64,000 bases of DNA from Candidatus Aminicenantes bacterium. Lineage in GTDB: Bacteria; Acidobacteriota; Aminicenantia; Aminicenantales; Saccharicenantaceae. The notes beneath the pieces are model-generated. The model was not told where the DNA came from and made no database searches. It saw only the letters and a program-made list of their open reading frames with translations. Shown piece after piece: positions 25,615 through 34,287 of this stretch (position 1 is its first letter; each line of letters opens with the position of its first letter). The DNA lies in NCBI GenBank assembly GCA_963719985.1, contig CAVRDU010000005.1, forward strand, positions 1,156,432 through 1,220,431, in the 5' to 3' direction. Made by a program: the position numbers and the translations under genes.

Positions 25615-27531
25615 ATGGACAAGCGCGCGCGGAAAGTCATCGTTCCGGCGATCTTCGCGGCCGCGGGCGTTATCGCCCTGACGGCGCAGGATCAGGGCCT
25701 GCGGGGCCGGGAGAGCTTCGAGCCGAGGCCGACGAAAGCGTACATCGTCGGGGGCGTCCGTCACGGCGCGAGCTTCTTCCCCCGGGCCGGCTACGAGTTC
25801 ACCAAGCCCAAGGCCGCCGGGGAGATGGACTTCCTCCACTACCACACCTACGACGAGGTCAACGGCTTCCTCGAGAAGTGGGCCGCGGACCACCCCGACA
25901 TCGTCGAGCTCTATTCGGTCGGGAAATCCTACGAGGGCCGGGAGATCTGGCAGATCACCATCACCAACAAGACGACCGGCAAGGACACCGACAAGCCGGC
26001 CATGTTCATCGAGGGCAACCGGCACTCCGGCGAGGTCACGGCGGCCGAGTGCGCGCTCTGGTTCGCCGACCACATCATCCGGGGCTACGGCAAGGACCCG
26101 GGGCTGACGAAGCTCGTCGATACCAAGGCGATCTACGTCCGGGTCAAGAACAATCCCGACGGCTCGATGCTCTACCTGAACACGGCCCAGTCGAACCGGA
26201 GCACGGTCCGGCCCTACGACGACGACCGCGACGGCCTTCTCGACGAGGACCCGCCCGAGGACCTCGACGGCGACGGCTTCATCCTCCAGGTCCGCAAGAA
26301 GGTCGAGCCCGGGAAGGGCACGATGGTCGTCGATCCCGACGACCCTTCGGGCCGGCTCATGAAGCGGGCCGAGCCGGGCAAGGGCGACTATGTCGTCTCC
26401 TCCGAGGGCGTCGACAACGACGGCGACGGCCGGACGAACGAGGACGGCATCGGCGGCCTGGACCTCCACCGCAACTACCCGGAGAACTGGCGGCCCATGC
26501 CCGGCCGCGACCTGACCGGACGCGGCTGGACCCAGGGCGGGGCCGGCGAGTATCCGCTCTCCGAAACCGAGACGCGGGCCGTCTTCACTTTCCTCCTCGA
26601 GCACCCCAACGTCAGCGTCGTCCAGACGATGGACACGACCGTGCCCATGCTGCTCCACGGCCCGTCGACCAGCCGGATGAGCGAGTCGATGTTCCCCGAG
26701 GACATGAAGATCTACCAGTACTTCGACGAGCAGGGCAAGAAGATCACCGGCTACGCCAGCGCCGGGGACACCTATTGGGACTACGCCAACATGGGCCGCG
26801 GCGACCGCGAGATGAGGGCCCGGGCCGCGGAGATGGGCTTCGAGGTCCCCGACGAGCCCCAGGGCAGGCCGCTCTTCGGCCACTCCCCCGACTTCGGCTA
26901 CCTCTATTACGGCGCCGTCTGGTACGGCGACGAGCTCTGGAACGGCGGCCGGCTCAAGGACTACGACGGCGACGGCCGCGTGACCGAGCTCGAGAGCCTG
27001 CGCTTCATCGACGAGGAGCTCGGCGGCCGCTATTTCAAGCCCTGGACGAAGGCCCACCACCCGGTCCTCGGCGAGGTCGAGATCGGCGGCTTCAACCCCA
27101 AGTTCTGGCGTCAGAACCCGCCCGTCGAGCTCCTCGAGGAATGGATCAAGAAGGAGGCCCTGTTCAATCTCCTCCTGGCCCAGTCGCTGCCGCAGGTGCA
27201 GGTCCTCTCCGCGGAGATGAAGCCGGTCCGGAAGGAAGCGGACACGTACGAGATCGTGGCCGTCTTCACGAACGAAGGCTTCCTGCCGACGGCCCTCAAG
27301 ATGGCCGAGCGGGTCAAGATCGTCCGGCCGGACGCGGTCTCGGTCCGGCTCCCGGCCGGGGCCGAGCTCGTCGGCGGCCGGGCCCGCCAGGAGATCGGCC
27401 ACCTCAAATCGAACGAGCGCAAAGAGGTCCGGTGGAAGATCAAGGTCAAGCCGGGCACGGCCGGCGAGGCCGAGGTCTCGATCCAGTCGACGCGGGGCGG
27501 CGTGGCCCGCAAGACTGTCAAGATCGGCTAG
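25615..27531 (+). CDS. Secreted M14-family zinc carboxypeptidase
   Basis: It has a signal peptide and an M14 core (HYHTYDEVNGFLEKWAADHPD, GNRHSGEV). It is 638 aa. Confidence 0.8.
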   Translation: MDKRARKVIVPAIFAAAGVIALTAQDQGLRGRESFEPRPTKAYIVGGVRHGASFFPRAGYEFTKPKAAGEMDFLHYHTYDEVNGFLEKWAADHPDIVELYSVGKSYEGREIWQITITNKTTGKDTDKPAMFIEGNRHSGEVTAAECALWFADHIIRGYGKDPGLTKLVDTKAIYVRVKNNPDGSMLYLNTAQSNRSTVRPYDDDRDGLLDEDPPEDLDGDGFILQVRKKVEPGKGTMVVDPDDPSGRLMKRAEPGKGDYVVSSEGVDNDGDGRTNEDGIGGLDLHRNYPENWRPMPGRDLTGRGWTQGGAGEYPLSETETRAVFTFLLEHPNVSVVQTMDTTVPMLLHGPSTSRMSESMFPEDMKIYQYFDEQGKKITGYASAGDTYWDYANMGRGDREMRARAAEMGFEVPDEPQGRPLFGHSPDFGYLYYGAVWYGDELWNGGRLKDYDGDGRVTELESLRFIDEELGGRYFKPWTKAHHPVLGEVEIGGFNPKFWRQNPPVELLEEWIKKEALFNLLLAQSLPQVQVLSAEMKPVRKEADTYEIVAVFTNEGFLPTALKMAERVKIVRPDAVSVRLPAGAELVGGRARQEIGHLKSNERKEVRWKIKVKPGTAGEAEVSIQSTRGGVARKTVKIG

Positions 27532-28909
27532 ATCGACCGGAGCCCGGCTTTCCGGCCGAGAGGCCGTAGGTCTTGACCTTGTAGGCGAGCATCCGCTCGG
27601 TGATGCCCAGCGCGCGGGCGGCCCGGCTCTTGACCCCGCCGGCCTCCCGGAGGGCCATACGGATCTCCTGCGTCTCGAGGCGGCGGACCTTGTCGACCAG
27701 GGAATCGCCGGCCGTTCCGGGATCCTCGTAGGCGGCTTCCGTGAGGCTGAGGGGAAGGTCGGCGACGCCGAGGACGTCCCGCTCGGCGAATACGACCGCC
27801 CGCTCGACGACGTTCTCGAGCTCGCGGACGTTGCCGGGATAGGCGTGGCCCACGAGGGCGCCCAGGGCCTCCCGCGTGATCCCCTGGATCTTCTTTCCCT
27901 CCCGCTCGGCGAATTTCCTGAGGAAGAGGTCGGCCAGGAGCGGGATGTCCTCCTTCCTCTTGCGGAGCGGAGGCACGGCGATGGGGATGACGTTCAGGCG
28001 GTAGAAGAGGTCGGCCCGGAACCGGCCGCCTTTCATCTGGGTTTCGAGGTCCCGGTTGGTCGCGGCGATGATCCTGACGTCGGCCCGGAGCGCCTGGCTC
28101 GAGCCGAGCCTGTAGTACTCCCGGTCCTGGAGGAAGCGCAGCAGCTTGACCTGGGCCTCGGGGGCGAGGTCGCCGATCTCGTCGAGGAAGACGGTCCCGC
28201 CGGAGGCGGCCTCGAACTTGCCGATCTTCCGCTCGTGGGCGCCGGTGAAAGACCCTTTCTCGGCCCCGAAGAGCTCCGCCTCGATGAGGGTCTCGGGGAG
28301 GGAAGGGATGTTCAGCGCGACGTACGGGCCTTTCTTTCGCGCCGAGGACTGGTGGATCATCCGGGCCACGAGGTCCTTGCCGGTCCCCGTCTCCCCGGTG
28401 ACGAGGACCGTGGCCTCGCTCCGCGCGGCCTTGAGGACAAGGCGGGCGACGTCCTCCATGAGCGGGGAGGCGAAGACGAAGTTCCGGACGCTGAGCTTCT
28501 CCTCCAGGCGCTCCTGGAGGGACGAGATCTCTTTCTTGAGCTTCTGCCGCTCCGCGGCCCGCTCGAGGACGAGGAGGAACCTCTCGAAGTCGAGCGGCTT
28601 GACGATGTAGTCGTAGGCCCCGGCGCGGACGGCCTCGACGGCCCGCTCGATGTTCCCGTAGGCGGTGACCATGATCGGCGTCACCAGGGGATTGGCCGCG
28701 AGCACGTCCCGGATGACGTCGATGCCCGTTTCGTCGCCGAGCTTGTAGTCGACGACGGCCACGTCGACCGGGTTGCGGAGCACGGCCTCGAGGGCCTCCT
28801 TCCGGGAAGCGGCCTCGACGACCGGGAAGCCGCGCGCCTCCAGGTTCTTCCGGATGAGCTGGCGCTGGACGGGATCGTCCTCGACGATCAGGATGAGGGG
28901 CTCGTTCAT
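27518..28909 (-). CDS. Sigma54-dependent response regulator (NtrC family enhancer-binding protein)
   Basis: It has a REC domain (LIVEDD...D54), an AAA+ sigma54-interaction domain (GETGTGKDL, GAFTGA-like GSFTGA, ESELFGAEKG) and a C-terminal HTH. The probable start MNEPLIL is at 28909. Confidence 0.92.
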   Translation of the reverse strand: MNEPLILIVEDDPVQRQLIRKNLEARGFPVVEAASRKEALEAVLRNPVDVAVVDYKLGDETGIDVIRDVLAANPLVTPIMVTAYGNIERAVEAVRAGAYDYIVKPLDFERFLLVLERAAERQKLKKEISSLQERLEEKLSVRNFVFASPLMEDVARLVLKAARSEATVLVTGETGTGKDLVARMIHQSSARKKGPYVALNIPSLPETLIEAELFGAEKGSFTGAHERKIGKFEAASGGTVFLDEIGDLAPEAQVKLLRFLQDREYYRLGSSQALRADVRIIAATNRDLETQMKGGRFRADLFYRLNVIPIAVPPLRKRKEDIPLLADLFLRKFAEREGKKIQGITREALGALVGHAYPGNVRELENVVERAVVFAERDVLGVADLPLSLTEAAYEDPGTAGDSLVDKVRRLETQEIRMALREAGGVKSRAARALGITERMLAYKVKTYGLSAGKPGSGRSSRS

Positions 28910-28910
28910 G

Positions 28911-30152
28911 TCACGCTCCAGGAAGCTCGATCCGGAATTCCGTCCCGTGGCCTTCGCGGCCGCGGACATCGATCGTTCCGCCGTGCGCTTCGATGATCCT
29001 TCTGGTCAGGTACAGGCCTATCCCCATCCCTTTCTCCTTGGTCGTGTAGAACGGCTCGAAGACACGGGCCGCGGCTTCAGGCGGCAGGCCGGGCCCGCCG
29101 TCGTGGACGATGACCTCGACCTTCTTGCCGATCCGCCGGCCGCGGGCCCGTACGGGCGCGTCCGGCGAGGCCTCGATGGCGTTCTTCAGGACGTTGAGGA
29201 AGGCCTGGACCAGGAGGTCCCGATCGCCGGACAGGAGGACACCCGGAGCGGGCTCGACCTCGAGGCGCGACGGCGCGCCAGGGACCTCGGCGGCCAGGCT
29301 CTCCGCGGCCTGTCGCAGAACGTCGTCGAGCGACAGGGCCTCGAGGTCCGGCCGGACGGCCTTAACGACGCGCGAGAACCGGTCGACGATGCGGGCGATC
29401 GTCCGGACCTGGGCCTTTCCGAGATCGACGTCGCTCTTGGCCTCCGGGGGGGACTTGCGGCCCAGGAGCTCGAGGGCGAGGGCCAGGCTGTTGAGGGGGT
29501 TCTTGATCTCGTGGGCGACGCCCGATGTGAACGCCGAGATCTCCCGGAACCTCTCTTTCTCGAGCCGCTCGGTCTCGGCCTCGCGGGCCTTGGCCACGTA
29601 ATCCGACTGGAGCCGGTAGAGGCCCCGGAAGAAGATGGCGCCGGCGAGAAGGATGAGCCCGGCGATGAGGTAGGAGGTTCGCCGGGACGAGGCGATCATC
29701 TCCTCCATCCCCGCCAGGGCATAGCCCAGGTAGAGGAAGTACGCGCGGCCGCCAGCGGCCGAGAAGGCCGAAAGAGAGCTGTAGATCTTGCCGGCGGGGG
29801 ACTCGATGACGCTCGATCCCCCGGACCGGGCGTCCCTGAGGGAGATCGGGAGGTAGCCCTCGTATCGGGAGTTCCAGGCCAGGACGTTCTTCTCCGCGTC
29901 GAGGAGGGCGACGAAATAGATGTTCTCCCCGGACAGGATGGCCTCGAGGACCTCCTCGGGGGCCCTGCCCTCGTCGAGGAAGTGGGAAGCCGTCGTCCGG
30001 AGGATGCCCGACGTGGCCTCGAGCTGATCGTGGACGAGCCCTTCCGTCCGGCGCTTCAGGTCGGCCTGGGCGAGGACGGACGACAGGGCGAAGAAGACGA
30101 GCACGCCCAGGAAGGGGAGGACGAAGAAAAGGAGGACGCTGCGCCGCTTCAA
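28911..30152 (-). CDS. Sensor histidine kinase with periplasmic sensing domain
   Basis: It has two TM helices flanking a roughly 140-aa periplasmic domain, a HisKA domain (SGVAHEIKNPLNSL) and a HATPase_c domain (HDGGPGLP, GMGIGL). Confidence 0.9.
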   Translation of the reverse strand: MKRRSVLLFFVLPFLGVLVFFALSSVLAQADLKRRTEGLVHDQLEATSGILRTTASHFLDEGRAPEEVLEAILSGENIYFVALLDAEKNVLAWNSRYEGYLPISLRDARSGGSSVIESPAGKIYSSLSAFSAAGGRAYFLYLGYALAGMEEMIASSRRTSYLIAGLILLAGAIFFRGLYRLQSDYVAKAREAETERLEKERFREISAFTSGVAHEIKNPLNSLALALELLGRKSPPEAKSDVDLGKAQVRTIARIVDRFSRVVKAVRPDLEALSLDDVLRQAAESLAAEVPGAPSRLEVEPAPGVLLSGDRDLLVQAFLNVLKNAIEASPDAPVRARGRRIGKKVEVIVHDGGPGLPPEAAARVFEPFYTTKEKGMGIGLYLTRRIIEAHGGTIDVRGREGHGTEFRIELPGA

Positions 30153-30583
30153 ATGCCGCCGAACCTCTTGATGCCCCGTTTCCGCTGTCCGCCCTGCCAG
30201 CGGGGGAAGCCCCGCTTGTCCCGGAGCGTGAGCGTTTCGCCCCGGAACTGGAGCTCGCGGGCGATGATGGTCGCCTTCCCGTCGGGGGTCTCCGAGAGGG
30301 AGCCTATGCCCTTCACCCTCTCGCCGCCGTGGATGTCCTCTTGGAAGAACCAGGACGGGCTGACCTCGACGCTGACCATCTTCTCCCGTCCGGGCGCCTC
30401 GATGCGGAGGACGAGAAAGGGGGCCGTCCCCTGGTAGCGGGGTTCGAGGACGATCTCCCGGACCGTCCCTTCGAAGCGGACCTCCTTGTCGACGTCGTAG
30501 AAGTGTCCGGCGGCCGTCTGCCCCGCGGCCGGGACCGCGGCGAGCGCCGCGAGCAACGGGATGAGCCAGGCCGTGCGTTTCAT
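30149..30583 (-). CDS. Small periplasmic protein (signal peptide), hypothetical
   Basis: The 144-aa protein starts MKRTAWLIPLLAALAAVPAAGQ. The longer ORF extension to 30988 is spurious. Confidence 0.6.
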   Translation of the reverse strand: MKRTAWLIPLLAALAAVPAAGQTAAGHFYDVDKEVRFEGTVREIVLEPRYQGTAPFLVLRIEAPGREKMVSVEVSPSWFFQEDIHGGERVKGIGSLSETPDGKATIIARELQFRGETLTLRDKRGFPRWQGGQRKRGIKRFGGI

Positions 30584-31833
30584 GAGAGTCCTCCCTTCCG
30601 CCGGATCGGCAGGTTCCACTGGAACCCGCCCATGATGTAGCCGCTGCTCCATTCGAACAGCGGGTCGGTCGAGGCGTTGTCGATGTGGGAATAGGCCAGG
30701 AAGACCGTGAATCGCCGGAAGTTCTTCTCCAGGCGGGCCTCGAAGAGATGCCGGACGTCGTTCCGGACGATGCCGAGGGGCAGGCCGTCGAGGCCCATGC
30801 TTTCGACGCCGGGATAGGTCTTGTCGGAATAGGTGTATCCGGCCCTGACCTCGACGCTCCCCGGCAGGCTCAGGGTGATCCGGCCGGTGAGCTGGTCGCC
30901 CTCCCAGGAAAAGGCGTCCGCGCTCGGGTTCGGCACGAGGTAGAACTCCTCGATCGACATGAACGGGTTCTCCCCGGAGACGACCCACTGCCTCATGGCC
31001 GAAGCGCTCAAGCCGACGACGTCGGCGACGCCCTGGGCCACGAGGAAGGACGCGGAAACGTGCCCGATGCCGGCGCCTCCCTCCCCCGGCCGCGGGATGA
31101 AGCCGTAGCCGCCCTCGTAATCGCGGCCGCCCCAGCCCCCGCCGCCCCCCGAGCCCGCGCCCATGCCGCCGCCCCCGGCGGCGGCCAGGGAGGCCGTCCC
31201 GGACGGCTCCGTCATGGGAACGTAGGCCTCAGGCACGAACGGATGGAGAAAATACTTGTACCCGTATTCCGCCTCCGCCTTCAGGGTCGTCCGGGTCGGG
31301 AAGTACTTGTCGATGGAGAGGAGCGCGGCGTGGCTGAAGAAGTCGAACAGGCTGTCCGCGTACGAGGAGTAGGTCCCCTGCCATTGGACCCTGAGGATAG
31401 AGGACGGGGCCAGGTAGGTCTTGAAAGCGCCGGTCAGGCTTCCGCCGATCGCGCTGAAGGCCTCGTATCCCCGGCCATAGAAGGCCCCGGCCCCGCCGGC
31501 GGCGAAATAGAAGGCGCTCTTGCCTCCGGCCGGAACGAGGTAATCGAGACCGAGCCCGGCCGAGAGGAAGCTCAGCCCGCTCGTCTGATGAAAGGCCGAG
31601 TAATCCACATTGGCCATGAGGGTGAGGGCCGAGATGTCGTGGTCGACGGCGAGCGAGAAGGCCGTGATCTGATCCGCCACGGCGTCGCGCGTCTGGAACA
31701 GGTTCTGAGTGGCGTGCTGGTTGAAGGTCAAGTCGAGCGTGGCCCCATGGGCCGAGACGGCCGCGACGAGGAGGACCAGGGCGATTTGCCGCATCTGCCT
31801 CATTATCATGATGTAAAACCCCCGATCAATCAA
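30580..31833 (-). CDS. Putative outer-membrane beta-barrel protein, hypothetical
   Basis: It has a signal peptide (MRQMRQIALVLLVAAVSAHG) and alternating aromatic/hydrophobic beta-strand-like segments separated by Gly-rich loops. The start is probably internal, near 31803. Confidence 0.55.
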   Translation of the reverse strand: MIDRGFYIMIMRQMRQIALVLLVAAVSAHGATLDLTFNQHATQNLFQTRDAVADQITAFSLAVDHDISALTLMANVDYSAFHQTSGLSFLSAGLGLDYLVPAGGKSAFYFAAGGAGAFYGRGYEAFSAIGGSLTGAFKTYLAPSSILRVQWQGTYSSYADSLFDFFSHAALLSIDKYFPTRTTLKAEAEYGYKYFLHPFVPEAYVPMTEPSGTASLAAAGGGGMGAGSGGGGGWGGRDYEGGYGFIPRPGEGGAGIGHVSASFLVAQGVADVVGLSASAMRQWVVSGENPFMSIEEFYLVPNPSADAFSWEGDQLTGRITLSLPGSVEVRAGYTYSDKTYPGVESMGLDGLPLGIVRNDVRHLFEARLEKNFRRFTVFLAYSHIDNASTDPLFEWSSGYIMGGFQWNLPIRRKGGLS

Positions 31834-31885
31834 GAATAAAGGGCCTCCCCCCCGCGCCGGCGGAGGGGAGGCCTCGGATAACGGG

Positions 31886-32515
31886 TCAGCGGCCGCCCTT
31901 TTTCTGCGTGCCGCCCTTGGGCCCGGCGCCGTTGCCGGCCCCGGCCGCCTTTCCGGCGCCCTGGATGCCGGCGCGGAAAGAGCCCTTGCCGAAGCTGGAC
32001 TTGGTCACCTTGCCGGCCTTCTGCCCCTGGGTCATCTCGGTCTCGTCCGGCTGGCCGATCTTGTGCTGGCCTTGGTAGCCGGATCCGTCCTCGGGCTTGA
32101 CCCAGTCGGGGTCTTGGCCGTTGGGGACTCCGTCGCCGTCGTCGTCGCGCGCGAGCTGGTAGGCGTAGCCCTCAGCCGTGCCGGCCGCGGCGCCCTTCTT
32201 GTTCTGGGCCTTGTCGCCGGTCCCGTCCCCGGGCTTGGCCCAGTCGGGGTCCTGGCCGTTGGGGACGCCGTCCCCGTCGTGGTCCTTGGCGCGGTCGTTG
32301 ATCCCGTCGCCGTTCTCGTCGATGAAGGCGACGCGATTGCGATGCTGGAACTCCGGCTTCGCCTGGACCTTGTTCTGCTGGGTCTCGCCCTTGGCCTTCA
32401 GCCCGGTCTTGATCTGGGCCTTCTCCTGGGCCTTGGTCGCGGTCTGGTCCTGAGCGGCCGCGAAGAGCATGCCGACCATCAGGATCCCGACCATGATCGT
32501 GAACATCTTTTTCAT
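31886..32515 (-). CDS. Secreted protein with thrombospondin type 3-like Ca-binding repeats (DGDGVPNGQDPDW x2)
   Basis: It has a signal peptide (MKKMFTIMVGILMVGMLFAAA) and a GGAGG RBS. It is 210 aa, with Asp/Gly-rich Ca-binding repeat motifs. Confidence 0.7.
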   Translation of the reverse strand: MKKMFTIMVGILMVGMLFAAAQDQTATKAQEKAQIKTGLKAKGETQQNKVQAKPEFQHRNRVAFIDENGDGINDRAKDHDGDGVPNGQDPDWAKPGDGTGDKAQNKKGAAAGTAEGYAYQLARDDDGDGVPNGQDPDWVKPEDGSGYQGQHKIGQPDETEMTQGQKAGKVTKSSFGKGSFRAGIQGAGKAAGAGNGAGPKGGTQKKGGR

Positions 32516-32551
32516 CTTATGACCTCCTAAGTCATGGATGCCAGACATATA

Positions 32552-32569
32552 TGCGAAAGGCGTGCCAAC
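32552..32569 (-). promoter_or_regulatory. Sigma54 (-24/-12) promoter TTGGCACGCCTTTCGCAT driving the 31886-32515 gene and the downstream operon
   Basis: The minus-strand sequence TTGGCACG-N4-TCGCAT is one mismatch from the TTGGCACG-N4-TTGCA consensus. It lies about 35 nt upstream of the start codon. An AT-rich tract and palindromes further upstream could be IHF or EBP binding sites. Confidence 0.65.
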
Positions 32570-32680
32570 ATGGATATATAAGAAAACAAAAAAGATATAA
32601 AAATCTGCGGAGCCGCGGACCGACAAAAATGTCGGACCGAACGACATTTTCGGCATCCGATGCCCGCGTCGGCGGATTCC

Positions 32681-32688
32681 TGTATAAT
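32681..32688 (+). promoter_or_regulatory. Extended -10 element TGTATAAT upstream of the ECF sigma gene
   Basis: TGTATAAT lies 80 nt upstream of the ATG at 32770. Confidence 0.35.
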
Positions 32689-32769
32689 GGAGTGGATCGC
32701 CAGGCCCTTCGGAAGATTTCAACCCTCCCCCCGTCTAATAGGGTGCGGAGGACGAGTGAGAATATCCGC

Positions 32770-33348
32770 ATGGAAGAGAAACAGCTGGTCCGACTGGCCC
32801 AGGAAGGAAGCGCGGAGGCTTTCGAGGAGCTGGTCAGGAGATTCCAGCCCAAGGTGTTCAGCATGGCATTGAGCTTCACGCGCAACCGGCAGGCGTCCGA
32901 CGACCTGGCCCAGGAGGTCTTCCTGAAGGCCTATCTCGCCCTGCCCCGGTTCCACGGGAAGTCGGAGTTCGGGACCTGGCTCTACCGCATATCGGTCAAC
33001 CACATCAAGGACTTTCTGCGCAAGAAGGGCCGGGCCAAGGAAGTCTCGCTCGACGACGTCCGCGAGATCTCCTTCTCGGACCGGGAACAGACGGAGCGCG
33101 CGGAGGAAGAGAGGGAGATCGAGGACCGCCGGACGCTCGTGCGGAGGTTCGTCGAGGCCCTGCCCGAGAAGTACCGGGTCATCCTGACGCTCCGGGACAT
33201 CCAGGGCCTGGCCTACGAGGACATCTCCCGGGTCCTCAAGCTCTCGCCCGGGACGGTCGACTCGCGGCTCCACCGGGCGCGCCGGATGCTCCGCGTCAAG
33301 CTGGCTCCGCATCTCGCCGGCGAAGGAGGGACACATGAACTGTCGTAA
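32770..33348 (+). CDS. ECF-subfamily RNA polymerase sigma factor
   Basis: It has sigma70 regions 2 and 4 (LAQEVFLKAYLALPRF and YRVILTLRDIQGLAYEDISRVLKLSPGTVDSRLHRAR) and is 192 aa. Confidence 0.9.
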   Translation: MEEKQLVRLAQEGSAEAFEELVRRFQPKVFSMALSFTRNRQASDDLAQEVFLKAYLALPRFHGKSEFGTWLYRISVNHIKDFLRKKGRAKEVSLDDVREISFSDREQTERAEEEREIEDRRTLVRRFVEALPEKYRVILTLRDIQGLAYEDISRVLKLSPGTVDSRLHRARRMLRVKLAPHLAGEGGTHELS

Positions 33349-33823
33349 GGCCGAAAAACGGCTCCTGCAGTCCCTCGACGGGCGCCTCGACGGGCCCGCC
33401 GCGGGCCTCCTCGGCAAGCACCTCGAGTCCTGCCCGGCCTGCCGGAAAGCCGCGAGGGAATACCGGTCCATGCTCGGCCTCCTGCGGGACCGCGGCGAAG
33501 CCGAACCTCTCCCCCGGTTCTGGGAGCGGTTCGAGCCCCGGCTTCGGGAGGAGAAAGAGATCGCCCCGTTCCTCTTCTGGGAGCGCTGGAGCCTGAGGGC
33601 CATCCCCGTGTTCCTGGCGCTCGTCGTCATGATGGGCGGGTTCCTCTTCCTGACCCCCCAGGCCGGCGAGCTGAGCCAGTCGGCGGCCCTGCTCCTCGAG
33701 AACCGCGATCCCCTCTCGGAGACCCACGCCCTCCTCGAGGTGGACAAGCCCGAGACGAGGACCATGATGCTCCTGTTCGCGTCGCTGGACGAGAAAACGC
33801 CCCTAAGGAGGCCGACGCCATGA
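33335..33823 (+). CDS. Membrane-anchored zinc-finger anti-sigma factor
   Basis: It carries an HLESCPACR motif (the HxxxCxxC zinc-binding anti-sigma motif) and a TM helix. It is translationally coupled to the sigma factor gene. Confidence 0.75.
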   Translation: MNCRKAEKRLLQSLDGRLDGPAAGLLGKHLESCPACRKAAREYRSMLGLLRDRGEAEPLPRFWERFEPRLREEKEIAPFLFWERWSLRAIPVFLALVVMMGGFLFLTPQAGELSQSAALLLENRDPLSETHALLEVDKPETRTMMLLFASLDEKTPLRRPTP

Positions 33824-34275
33824 AGACGAAATACAGGATCCTCGTCGCCCTGACCCTGCTCGTCGTCTTCGGCCTCGGTGTCGCCGCCGGCGTCCTCGGT
33901 GAACGGTATGTCCTGCAGAAGAGGAACCGGCGCACGACCGCCGTGCGGTCGCACCCGCCGTCCCCCGAGAGCTGGGCCAAGGAGCTCGGCCTGACCGAGG
34001 AGCAGCAGGCCGCGATGCGCGGGATCTTCGAGAAGAACGAAGAGCGGATGAAGACCTACCGGGGCGAGAGCCGGGCCCGGCTCGGCGAGCTCCGCAAGAT
34101 GCTCTGGGACGAGACCAACGCGGTCCTCACGCCGGAGCAGAAGAAGAAGAACGACGAGATGATCCGCCGCTTCGAGGAGCGGCGAAAACAGGAATCCGGC
34201 CGTTCCGGATCGGATCGGAACAACACGCGCGACCGGCGCGGCGACGACCCGCCATCACCGGACCGCGAGCGATAA
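33820..34275 (+). CDS. Periplasmic CpxP/Spy-family (LTxxQ motif) protein
   Basis: It has a signal peptide and two LTxxQ motifs (LGLTEEQQAAM, LTPEQKKKNDEM). Confidence 0.7.
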   Translation: MKTKYRILVALTLLVVFGLGVAAGVLGERYVLQKRNRRTTAVRSHPPSPESWAKELGLTEEQQAAMRGIFEKNEERMKTYRGESRARLGELRKMLWDETNAVLTPEQKKKNDEMIRRFEERRKQESGRSGSDRNNTRDRRGDDPPSPDRER

Positions 34276-34287
34276 AGGAGACACGCC

